Under the pieces are notes generated by a model. The model made no database searches and was not told the DNA's origin. It saw nothing but the letters and a program-made list of their open reading frames with translations. The position numbers and the translations under genes are program-made. From Balanoglossus misakiensis (lineage: Eukaryota; Animalia; Hemichordata), in contig CM082584.2 of assembly GCA_040954595.2 (NCBI GenBank), positions 11,312,552 to 11,376,551 of the forward strand: a stretch of DNA of 64,000 nucleotides, in the 5' to 3' direction. This document shows, in pieces, positions 51,289-62,049 of this stretch. Numbering within the stretch: position 1 is the first letter of the stretch; every line of letters starts with the position of its first letter.

Positions 51289-54102
51289 ATGGCCGAAAAT
51301 ACTGGGTAAGCAATGCAGTGAATCTCTCGACGTCCAATTTCAACACACGATAGCGGATAGCGATAAAAAATAGCACGTTTAATTGTCTTGATATTGTGTG
51401 GATACTAGTATTTAACTGTGTAGTATCGACTGTCCCCGGCCCTACCCAGTTTTAACAGGTGACCGTGGCTAACAAGCTTCAAGGTCACTGGCCATAAAAC
51501 ATATAGTATGATAAAGCGAATATATCACCCACAGTCGCATATATGGGGGGCATAATTGGGCTCCACTTCGCCCAGCTAGCACATATTGCTAGGGGCTGTA
51601 TTGTACATTTGGTCTGTGATTTGGTCAAGGGCTGGCCTGAGCATGCACGCGCACCCCCTGTTCCCTCTATAGAGGGCCAACTTCACCATAGAAAACAATG
51701 GGTTTCGACCAAACCACGTTGGTGAAAGAGTTCAAATGAGGTCACTCACACGTTGGTCGGAGATATTGTGCAAGACCGATATTTCCACACTAAATGCAAT
51801 AGGGCTGACTCAGAAATATTTTTAAAAATTCTCACTTTGACTCAAAGCTTTTAAAAATTATGTTTGTTAGAGGCCATATACACATGTATAAGACTCCCGC
51901 CATCACCGTGTTCCGAAACTGGGCATGTACACACCCGGAGAAAGATGACTTTTTCATAACGAAAATAAATATTGTAAAATATTCAATGCACATAATCCGA
52001 ACGATAACAACAAATACGTTAAATTTCGGTGGAATTTCGACGCTGTATTAACTAAATACATTTTCTTTACGGTAAAGATTCTGATCGTCACTGAAAAGTC
52101 CAAGGCGAATTCGCGTAAGACGCGCGATTATTTTATGTCGCATTAGTAAAAAAAAATAACCAAAAAATGAATTTGAGTGAAATCAGTCTATCACCAGCAA
52201 CCACCAACGTGTCGTTTGCACACATATGCAGATTTTTCAGCACAAACAACATCCCAGATGTCTCGACAAGCATGAGAAATTGTGCCATAAACTCTCGCGT
52301 GTTCCGATACTGGGCCGTTCCGATACTGGGTATGGGAGTGTAACATACAAACTAAAGAAAACGAAGTTTCAGCTGAAGGTTTTCTAGTTTTGTTAATTTT
52401 TCTCTTGACAGAAAACTCGCAGGCAAGACTCTGTTCATCACTGGTGCAAGCCGTGGCATCGGTAAGGCCGTTGCCCTGAAAGCAGCCAGAGATGGCGCCA
52501 ATGTTGTCATAGCAGCCAAGACTGATCAACCACACCCAAATTTACCTGGTACCATCTACACAGCAGCCAAGGAAAGTAAGGAAGTGTCTTTATTCTCTCA
52601 TAATTTTGCTGTGCTTTTGATCGATTTCAGAAAATTTTCAGTTTTGAGTTTATAATCCCCACATAACACTTGATCAAAAAGTTGTTACGGTTCTTATTTT
52701 TCTGACACAGTTGAGGATGCGGGAGGTAAGTGTCTTCCCTGCGTGGTAGATGTTCGCAACGAATCTCAAATCCAGGCTGCCATAGACGCGGCCATTCAGA
52801 AGTTCGGTGGCATCGATATTTTGGTCAACAATGCATTTGCCGTCCATGCAAGAGATACCCTTTCCACAGACATGAAGAAATATGATCTGGTGATGGATAT
52901 TGCTACAAGAGGCACTTTCCTGACGTAAGTGCAGATTCAGCGAGATTTGGGTTGCCATGGTTACTGTGTGATTGCTCTTGATCCCCATTCATTGCCACTA
53001 TAGCTGACACAACTGTTCTCAAACTTTTTCACACAGGTCTAAGTTGTGCCTGCCACATCTTCTGAAAGCAAAGAATGCCCACATTTTGAACATTAGCCCA
53101 CCGCTGAATATGAAACCCAAATGGTTTGCCAATCATGTAGGTAAGTGGATATCGACTAACTTTTAGAAATCTTCATTATTATGAAATGACATCGCATTTT
53201 TTTATACAGAGACAGTTAAGAATTTGCTGTATTCATGAACCCTTTGAATGACTATACATCATGGTCTTGAGTCCAGAGCAGTGGGCTGAGCATTATCAGA
53301 GAATGCATGAATCTGCAGAATCGGGTGTTATTTGCAGTGTGCACAAACAGATTTTGTCTCCTTTCTTTCAGCTTACACTATGTCCAAGTATGCAATGTCA
53401 ATGTGTGTTCTGGGAATGGCAGAAGAATTCAAATCTGACGGCGTTGCGGTCAACGCCCTGTGGCCACTTACAGGTATTAGTATTGTCGGATCCGCATGGA
53501 GCCTTTATAAATTCTCTAGAAGTCCCTGTCATTATTTGCTCACATCTAAACTTTCTGAATGTTAAGAATTCTGTGTCTTTCATCTTGCTTACTGTAGTTA
53601 TCAAGACTGCCACTGTAACATTGAAGGTAGGCGAAGAAGTGTCCAAACATTGTCGCACCACCGATATCATGGCTGATGCTGCGTACGTCATACTATCACA
53701 GGACAGCAGAGAGTTTACCGGCAATTTCTGTGTTGATGAGCGCATCTTGCGAAAAGTCGGAGTGACCGATTTTGAAAAATATGCAGTGGAACCAGGTAAG
53801 CCATGGCTTTCCATGATTTGTACATATATTTGGAAAATACATTAATATTCCATTTAAAATACATTCGAATGAATTTTGAATACATGCTACTTTTTCAGAT
53901 TAAAGAGTTTAAGATTATCATGTTTTTTTTGGCTCTCGCGTAGTTAAAAAAATTCCCACTTTGAGGTAGTTCCCTAATTTAACTTGACTAATACTTTTCT
54001 ATATTTTTTTCACCCGTAGGAATGACTTTGAGTCCTGATTTCTACTTGGACTTTACAGATGAAGAAATGAAGTTGTTTGGGCTTGGGAATTCCAAACTGT
54101 AG
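51289..54102 (+). CDS. HSDL2 paralog copy 2, SDR domain only, C-terminal SKL
   Basis: Exons 51289-51305, 52412-52575, 52711-52924, 53037-53140, 53372-53473, 53598-53795, 54020-54102. Same intron positions and phases as copy 1, open frame, TGASRGIG, YTMSK; ends PDFYLDFTDEEMKLFGLGNSKL*. Confidence 0.9.
51652..51735 (-). mobile_element. ~90-bp TTAA-MITE family copy in HSDL2 copy-2 intron 1
   Basis: CACCCCCTGTTCCCTCTATAGAGGGCCAACTTCACCATAGAAAACAATGGGTTTCGACCAAACCACGTTGGTGAAAGAGTT. Confidence 0.75.
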
Positions 54103-54910
54103 GTTAGGGCCTGCAGGCTATAATACTAGTAATTAATTTGTAACACAATGCAATCCGTACATCCAAATCATGGTTAATCATATATGTTCGTGAGCAATTT
54201 GGATGCCCCACAGTAACCATACAATTAATTCATCTGGACTACTGGACAGTTCCAGACCTGTAATCTGATGTGGTTTTCCTAAATAATTCACAGCTGCAAG
54301 AATTCAAGCAAAAACATGCATATACTAAGGACTGTGAAAGTGTGTCTTCTCTTGATTTATTCACATTTTGTCCATAGAAAATGACATGTATATAACTTTT
54401 TACATATTTCTGAAATATATACCTTATGGATAATGTGGTGTTTCTTCTACATATGAGTGTGCCTACTGTCAAACCACATACATGTATATCTGTATCTATG
54501 GTATATATATGATATCAAATATCTGTCTTTCACGGACTTTAATTACTTCTTTTATTATCATCATTTTTCCTTCCTCTGTCCTGTGTAATTCAGGCCCTGG
54601 CCATGGCCTGCGCTCAGATATCGTGGGTGGCGCTATGTACACTTTTTTAAGCCGCCGGTGACACTCACCACCGTGAGTTCGAGCAGTTCACCAGCATTAT
54701 ATAACTGATAACAGGCTAGACACCAATTTGGAAGAGAACAGCGACATAGCCGCTTGTGCTGTCTATATTCAGCCTGGACTATAAAGTCCCTAGTGAATGA
54801 CCTGGTGCTGATAGCTGGACTTTGCCTCATTGAACGTTCAAAGTTCAAAGGTCACTCTGCATGTGCATTGCCATTTGATTGAGGAGGTCGGACGTATAGG
54901 TACAGCAGAG

Positions 54911-56717
54911 ATGGGCGAAAATACTGGGTAAGAAATACGCAATAAATCTCTCGATGGTCTTTCTTAACACAATATTGCGGATGGCAATGAAAAATAACAC
55001 TTTTGGAGTGTGTGTCGATCACAGTCGCTTGTAAACATGGTAGTTGCCGGCGACTCGACCGGGCTCAGGCCGCAGTAGACGTATATATGTCTACTGCGCC
55101 CCCCCCCCCCCCCCCCCCCATCGCGAAACGTATTACGGGCCTGTGCTGTAGTACACGTCTGGGTTCTTCAAGTTTCGTTAATTTTTCTCTTGACAGAAAA
55201 CTCGCAGGCAAGACTCTGTTCATCACTGGTGCAAGTCGTGGCATCGGTAAGGCCATCGCCCTGAAAGCAGCCAGAGATGGCGCCAATGTTGTCATAGCAG
55301 CCAAGACTGATCAACCGCATCCGAAGTTACCGGGTACCATCTACACAGCAGCCAAGGAAAGTAAGGAAGTGTCTTAATTCTCTCATAATTCTTTATCAGA
55401 ATGTTCAAAATCTTGATCAAATGTTGTAACTGTTATTATTTTGTTGACACAGTCGAAGATGCGGGAGGAAAGTGTCTTCCGTGCGTGGTAGATGTTCGCA
55501 ACGAATCTCAAATCCAGGCTGCCGTTGACGCAGCAGTTGAGAAGTTCGGTGGCATCGACATTTTGATCAACAACGCAAGTGCCATCAATACAACGGGTAC
55601 TCTTTACACAGACATGAAGAGATATAATCTGATGATGGATATTAATACAAGAGGCACTTTTCTGACGTAAGTGAAGATTTAATGCGATTTGAGTTGCCAT
55701 GGTTACAGTGTAAATGTACTTCATCCACATTCATTGTCACAGCTAGCTCGTCATAATCAGACAGTCGTTAATTGTGTTAATTTGTCCCACAGATCTAAGT
55801 TGTGCCTGCCACATCTTCTGAAAGCAAAGAATGCACACATTTTGAACATTAGCCCACCGTTGAATATGAAACCCAAATGGTTTGCCAACCATGTAGGTAA
55901 GTAGATATTGGCTAACTTTCAAGAGATGTTCAATCTTTTCTTACAATATGCATGTCTGGTATTTTCGGTTGTAAGTGGTTGTAAAATTGCCAAATTGGGT
56001 GTTATTTGCACAAACAGGATTTCGTATTCTTTCAGCTTACACCATGGCCAAGTATGGAATGTCAATGTGTGTTCTGGGAATGGCAGAGGAATTTAAAGAT
56101 GGCGGCGTTGCGGTCAACGCCATATGGCCACTTACAGGTACGTACAGGTTGTGTTTGGAACCAGGGGTCGTCTGCAAGGATGATTTTGGCCCTCACAAAA
56201 ACAGCAATATTCTCGAGAAGTCCCTGTCATTCCTTAGCACTTTTTTCTAAACTTTCTGTCCAATTGACTACGGCACTCTTTGTCACCTTGCCTTCAGCTA
56301 TCATGACTGCCGCTGTAAAAATGATGGGAGGTGAAGAAATGACCAAACGATCACGTACAACCGATATCATGGCTGATGCTGCCTACGTCATACTATCACA
56401 GGACAGCAGAGAGTTTACGGGCAATTTCTGTGTTGATGAACACATCCTGAGAAAGTTTGGGGTGACTGATTTTGAAAAATATGCAGTTGAACCAGGTAAG
56501 CCAATTTTAGCCGTGACGTTATAGGTTTTCTTAAAATTCTACACACAGGGCATGTGGAATGGCACAACCACACACTACATCTAGGTAGTCCCCTTAACTT
56601 ACCCGATACTTTTCTTTTTCTTTTTCACCTGTAGGATTGGCTCTGGCTCCTGATTTCTTCTTGGAACTTACCGAAGAAGAAATGAGCAGGCTTGGGTCTG
56701 GAAAATCCAAACTGTAG
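54911..56717 (+). CDS. HSDL2 paralog copy 3, SDR domain only, C-terminal SKL
   Basis: Exons 54911-54927, 55197-55360, 55453-55666, 55793-55896, 56036-56137, 56298-56495, 56635-56717. TGASRGIG, NNASAI, INTRG, YTMAK; ends PDFFLELTEEEMSRLGSGKSKL*. Confidence 0.92.
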
Positions 56718-57159
56718 GTTGTGTATGCATGGGCATGATATACATCTATAACACTACAGTGCAATTCATTGTCTTGAAGTTTTGATAATTGCATCCAAAT
56801 CATGGTGAATCAAGTTCGCTCATGGGCAACCTCGAGTTCCCCATAATACCATACAAATTAATCTGGACTTCTTAATGGTGCCAGACCTGTAGTCTGATGT
56901 GATTTTCCTTGAAGACATGAATAATTTGCAGCTGCAAGACTTCAGCGCTGCCTTTTGGAGAAGGATGTCTCATGAAAGGTGCTACTTGGATAGATATTCT
57001 ATGAATTGGTGACGTATTATAATTTATGGCTGCAAGAATTCCACAGAACTGGACAAGTAATCTGAAGAGTCATGAGAATCTCAGAAGTTTCTTTCTTTCT
57101 TTTCTCTTGATTTATTCACATTTTATCCATTGAAAATTTATATAATTTTTTACACTGAA

Positions 57160-58494
57160 TCAGTGTGGCATGCACGACTCTTCTCTAGTTCCTGGAAACC
57201 CTTCAAGCTTGAACGTGGAATCTTCCAGATTACGGATTTCCCTCTCCACATTGCTCCTGGCCTGTTCCTCAAATTTCTCTCGAAACGCTCTGGTTGCATA
57301 GATGTTTTTTCTCTCCAGAAAGGACTTGAGCACCTGTCGATTAAAAGCATTGATTTGAGAAAACCTCAGTCGAATAAAATCAAAGTCATTTCACCACACA
57401 ATGTGGCATGGGAGGCAATGGTATAAACGACAATGTCCAATGAATGTAACAGAAAAGCCTTGGTTTAACTCAGACCTGCGCTCTCCCCACTCTGTATTTC
57501 TCTTCTGGGATATGGATGTACTCCTGACGGATACCCTTGGCATAGCAGTCATACTCCGTCTGTGGCCATCCTAACACTGCCATGTCCATATCCAGGAAGT
57601 AGTGCTTGTCTTCTGTGCCATACCTAAAACATAGCATGTTGTAAATGAAACATAAAACATAGCATCATAATGAAACATAAAACAAACAATTGGCACGCAT
57701 GTTTAGTGGATAACTTTCATGATCAGGCTCTCAATGAGGCAATCATCTTCAATACTTGACTCACTTGTCTTCCTGATGGGCATCTGTCAGGTGTTTTTTT
57801 GTGAGAAGTATAAACTCTTTTACGTCTTTGACAACATCCTCCTTCCCCTTCAGATAATCATTTGCAAAGTCCACAAACATGTCAGCACTTCTTTCTTCAT
57901 TATCCCCAGCTTTTGGGTCATATACTATACTGCAGAAAACAGACAAAAATACACAACAGTCTTCAAACTTTTACATCAGTCAGAGTATGGAAGAGGCATT
58001 TTATTTTCCTGTCACCGATACAGCAATTTTGCCAGTCCACCTTTTTCCTCAAGCTATTGCAAAAGTAATCCCCCTCACCATCTGCCAACAATCCCCCCCC
58101 CTAATCTAATGGTTCTTCCCTTACGGTAACCATGCCAACTTGGAGAGTTAACTTACTCGTGAAAAAATATGGCCAGTTGCACTGTTTCTTTAGAAATGAG
58201 TTTGTCCCTTTCCTGATCAAAATACTGAAACATGTCGTGTAAATGGTACAGCGAGTGATAGTACCGTCCCTGTTCACTGTATTTTGTTTTAAGTTGTGTC
58301 CACCACGACGATGCGCTGGGAATGACACGACCCCAGCGTTCTTCCAACTTTGTGTCGACCTTTTCCATGGCGAACAGCGTCGACACAGCGCGTTTACCTA
58401 AAAGTACAGTGAAGGTCGTGAGGGCGGTCACGGCCACACCGAAGTAAAATGGTTTCTTGCGTAAATAGAGAAACAGACAGGGTTTTTGATACAT
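57160..58494 (-). CDS. Predicted metal-dependent HD-superfamily phosphohydrolase (COG4339-like), 4 exons
   Basis: Exons 58494 (or 58368)-58157, 57929-57765, 57623-57476, 57333-57160 (TGA), spliced in frame. Motifs YSEQGRYYHSLYHL, LAIFFHDIVYDPKAGDNEERSA, ILLTKKH, FLDMDMAVLG, YAKGIRQEY, YRVGRAQVLKSFL, IYAT..FREKFEEQARSNVEREI. Confidence 0.88.
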
Positions 58495-58960
58495 TATCCG
58501 TACACGCTCCACATCGCCGCCATGTTGATTGTTGCGCCCTCTGTAGTTAGAAATCATTAAAATATTTGGCAACAGGTGGTCTTGCTTAGAGACGAACTAA
58601 CAAATCCGTTTTATCCTTCCTCTGTCCGGAGGTACTTCGGTCAATTTTAAGTAGTTTTTGCAATTCCCCTGACTGAAACTCTACCCGCTTATATGCCAAA
58701 GTTTATAAGCGAGTAGAAAGTAAATAAATATGTGAAAAAAGAAGTTATAGGTGTCAAACTGTTGGTGGGTTGGGGGCTGTTTTTGTGGAAACCAGACAGA
58801 CAGACAGAGAGATAAAACAGACTTTATTCTGAAGTACCATGATATATGTATTCTGCTGATTGTAAGATATACAAAGCTAAGAGTGTTTATCACACACATG
58901 AACCATTTTGCTTGTCGGTTCTTCATAAAAATATTTCAAACAAATGAAATTAATGCATGT

Positions 58961-58988
58961 GGCCAAACCATGGTGCTGAGAGGGTTAA
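58961..58988 (-). mobile_element. Terminal fragment of TTAA-MITE in ERCC8 3' UTR
   Basis: GGCCAAACCATGGTGCTGAGAGGGTTAA, nearly the same as the right end of the 32665-32754 copy. Confidence 0.55.
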
Positions 58989-59013
58989 ATGGTTTTAGTT
59001 TGGATGCTGTTCT

Positions 59014-61821
59014 TCAGTCCTCGTCGCTCCATGTATCTTGGGTGGCGTTTCGGAGCCAGTTGATGGAGCTGCTGGATGCCTTGGCCTGTCAAAGACAAAA
59101 AGGACAGAAGTCTGCCATGTTAAATTGATAAGATGGTGATACCTCAAGCAATTTTATTTCTCAAAGCAGAAGTTTCATCAAAAGCAACATGAAAACCTTA
59201 CTACTTAACCACACATCTGAGTATCTGAACTTTACAAGGTGTATGTGTGTGTTTGGGTTTACTCGAAAAACTAGAAACTAACCTGCGAGCTTTTGTCTTC
59301 ATTTGGGTCTATTCTCCTGCCTAAATCGGGCTCCCAAATCAAAATATTACTGTCATTGCCACAACTGTACAATTCCTGCAGAAAAAGATTAAATATTCCA
59401 GAATTGAAAAACAAAGATTGATATACATGTACTGGACATGTATGTGAAGTGTGAAGTCCAGTTTAGATTGAGACGAAAACAAGAAATTGTGACAGAATTA
59501 AGGATCCAATTGCAGAGGATCTCTTCGGGGCCATATTCTAGAGATTTTTTCCAATTTGACCTTTGACCTACCTGTGTAAGTGGATGAAAGACGCAAGCAT
59601 TGACGTTGTTGTAATGACCCACCAAGGTGTTGACATGTTCACCAGTCACAATATCAAAGACTGCGATACTGCTGTACGTCGGCACAAATACAACATCTGG
59701 GTAAGACGAACTAGACACTGCAATTTTTGCTCCTTTTCGGCAAATATTGTCTATCTTTCCAAAATTTACCTGAAAACATAAGAAAAGATGGGGTGGGTAT
59801 TAACCTGTATCTGTTGTGCAAGATTCGCAATCATGTTTTGTAAAGTAATCATGGCGCGTGTTAGTCTTGTCTGTACAATTCTGTGCAGGCAGCGTGACGT
59901 GAATTATAAACCAAGAATATTGGGTGAAAGGGTAGTTGTTCTTTTTACCAGAGTGTTCTTGCCAGTCAGAGTATCCCAGAGTCGCAGTCTGTCGTCAGTG
60001 CCAAAGCTGACCAAATACAGGCCATCATCAGTGAATGAGAGTCCATTGATGTGTCCATTGTGAGCTGTGTTCACTGAAGCCACAAATTACATAAATTAAT
60101 AGGTGTGGTAATCAGGGATTCCAGTCTAAATTTCAGTCACATAAAAGCTATATGTAATCATGGATCATCATGACTGATAGTGTAGATTATTCAATCACAT
60201 TAAATTTCCCCATTGCCACGACAATAAGCTATCAGCATGATTAAAAATTATTCTATAATCACCTGCTTCTGCTGAACTCTTCCCCTTTTCTCCATTATTC
60301 TGATCCAGCGTTGCTAGGCAACACTTGGCTCTCCTTACATCCCACAGCATCACTTTACTGTCACGGCTGCAAGGCAGATCAGATCACAGAAGATGCTTAG
60401 TTTTTGAATTTGAATATTCAACAAGGTGGAACCACATGAAAATTCTCTCCCTCTAGTAGACTGACCTTTCACCATCAATTTCAACAGCCACGTTCACTGT
60501 CAATATGATGCCCAACTGCAGGGTAAAAAACCTACCTTCCTGTGGCCAGAATGAACTCATTTTTTGTGGACCATTTTACGGCCAGAACAGAGGCCCTGTG
60601 TCCCTTGAGAATGTGTGTAGAAGCCCCTGATTTCAGATCACATAGAATTGTGTGTGAAATATTGGTGCCAACTGTCAAAAAAAAGGAAATATTAATGGTA
60701 TTGGTTTTTGTTGTGTTATACATTTATTGTATTGGCATTGTCCATTAATGTCAGTCGAGAGTTTTTCTCATCATTTATTTTTATATCCATGCAGGAGGTG
60801 AATATAACCGGATACTAAATCTATATAATTTTTGTGTTTAAAACTGATCTTCTGATATCAAGAAAAATCTGCACACACCTGCTATCAGAGAGTGTTTTGT
60901 TGCTATGGGAGACATGTCATGTGAATAAATGTTTCCTTCAAAGGAAAAGACCTCAGCCGGTTTCAGGGTGTTTGTGTCCCAAATCTTCAGCTTTTTGTCC
61001 ATGGCGCTTGAAGTGAACATGCCAGTGTCGTGGGGATACCACTGGACGGTCTCAACACTGAACTTGTGGACATGACGAGAAGACCTGGAAGTACAGATGA
61101 AGATGGGTCCTCAGTGTTGAACATCGACATTTCTTACTGTTAGAGCAGATGTGCAGACCACCGGACTTTAAATCAAGTAACATGCGAATAGGCTGAATAG
61201 GCCTGTGTATGAAATTTTGGTGGCTCCACGTGTACTACTACTATCACAGAAGCAAATTACCTTCCAACTGTACAAACTGGTTCAACAGTGACATTTTCCT
61301 GCGGTTTGCTTTCTGTGTCATAGATACCAATCACACAGTCTACTCCTCCTGACAGTAAGCTAGAAAATTAAAATACAGATCCATATACATTTTTGTAATA
61401 TTATCATATGTACAACTGAATTGTCTTGTTCTGATAAACTATAACAGTGTTAGCTTTGTCATAGTGATGACAATAGTTAAGACCCCGGCTCTGGATGAAG
61501 AGGATGGCAATACATTTGTACAAAGAAATCTACTGTTGACATGGCAACAAGCCTAGAACAATGGGACGGACGCGGACACTGCTTGATGCTCGTCACGTCC
61601 GATTTCAAAGTCAATCGTTCAATGAAAATATATGTATTTGAAACTTACTATCGACATTCTACGGGATCGATATCTAAGCAGTTCACTCCGCTTTCGTGGA
61701 CCCTCTTCACATCTCGTTCTTTGCTCAGTTCCAGTGAAAACGTCCTCCTTGTTATTTCGGCTCTTGCCAACGCACCGGAATCATGTGAGCCGTTTTCTCG
61801 CGCGGCGAGAAATCTGAGCAT
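59014..61821 (-). CDS. ERCC8: DNA excision repair protein ERCC-8 (Cockayne syndrome A, WD40)
   Basis: Exons 61821-61649, 61359-61261, 61084-60879, 60671-60536, 60366-60263, 60073-59949, 59769-59572, 59375-59283, 59085-59014. [11 protein letters not shown]...[100 protein letters not shown]-terminal DTWSDED*. Confidence 0.96.
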
Positions 61822-62049
61822 CGCAAATCATCACCACACGAGCAGAAGGCAAATCGGATACTTCAGAGTATCTCTAAAACGTAAGTGTCATTCAATTTTA
61901 AGCTAAAAATCACAAAAACATCTCCACTTCCGCATTTCATGCCTTGTCAGCCATTTCGTCAACTTTGACCTCGGTGGTTTGAACCAATCAGGAACCGTTT
62001 AACGCGTTTGCACCACCGGATGTAGCAGAAATCTTTCTTCCAAAGCAAC
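61822..62049. promoter_or_regulatory. Bidirectional promoter ERCC8/NDUFAF2
   Basis: 228 bp between divergent ATGs. CCAAT box at 61984-61988, ETS-like ACCGGATGT at 62015-62023 and CACTTCCG near 61925, YY1-like GCCATTT near 61950. Confidence 0.7.

Noticed and set aside
53962-53970. TGAGGTAGT, matching the let-7 5' end
   Set aside because: The match ends after about 9 nt and there is no precursor hairpin.
51289-56717. Possibility that HSDL2 copies 2 and 3 are pseudogenes or haplotype artefacts
   Set aside because: Frames, splice sites, start exons and stops are intact, and the copies are too divergent in introns and exons 3-7 to be alleles.
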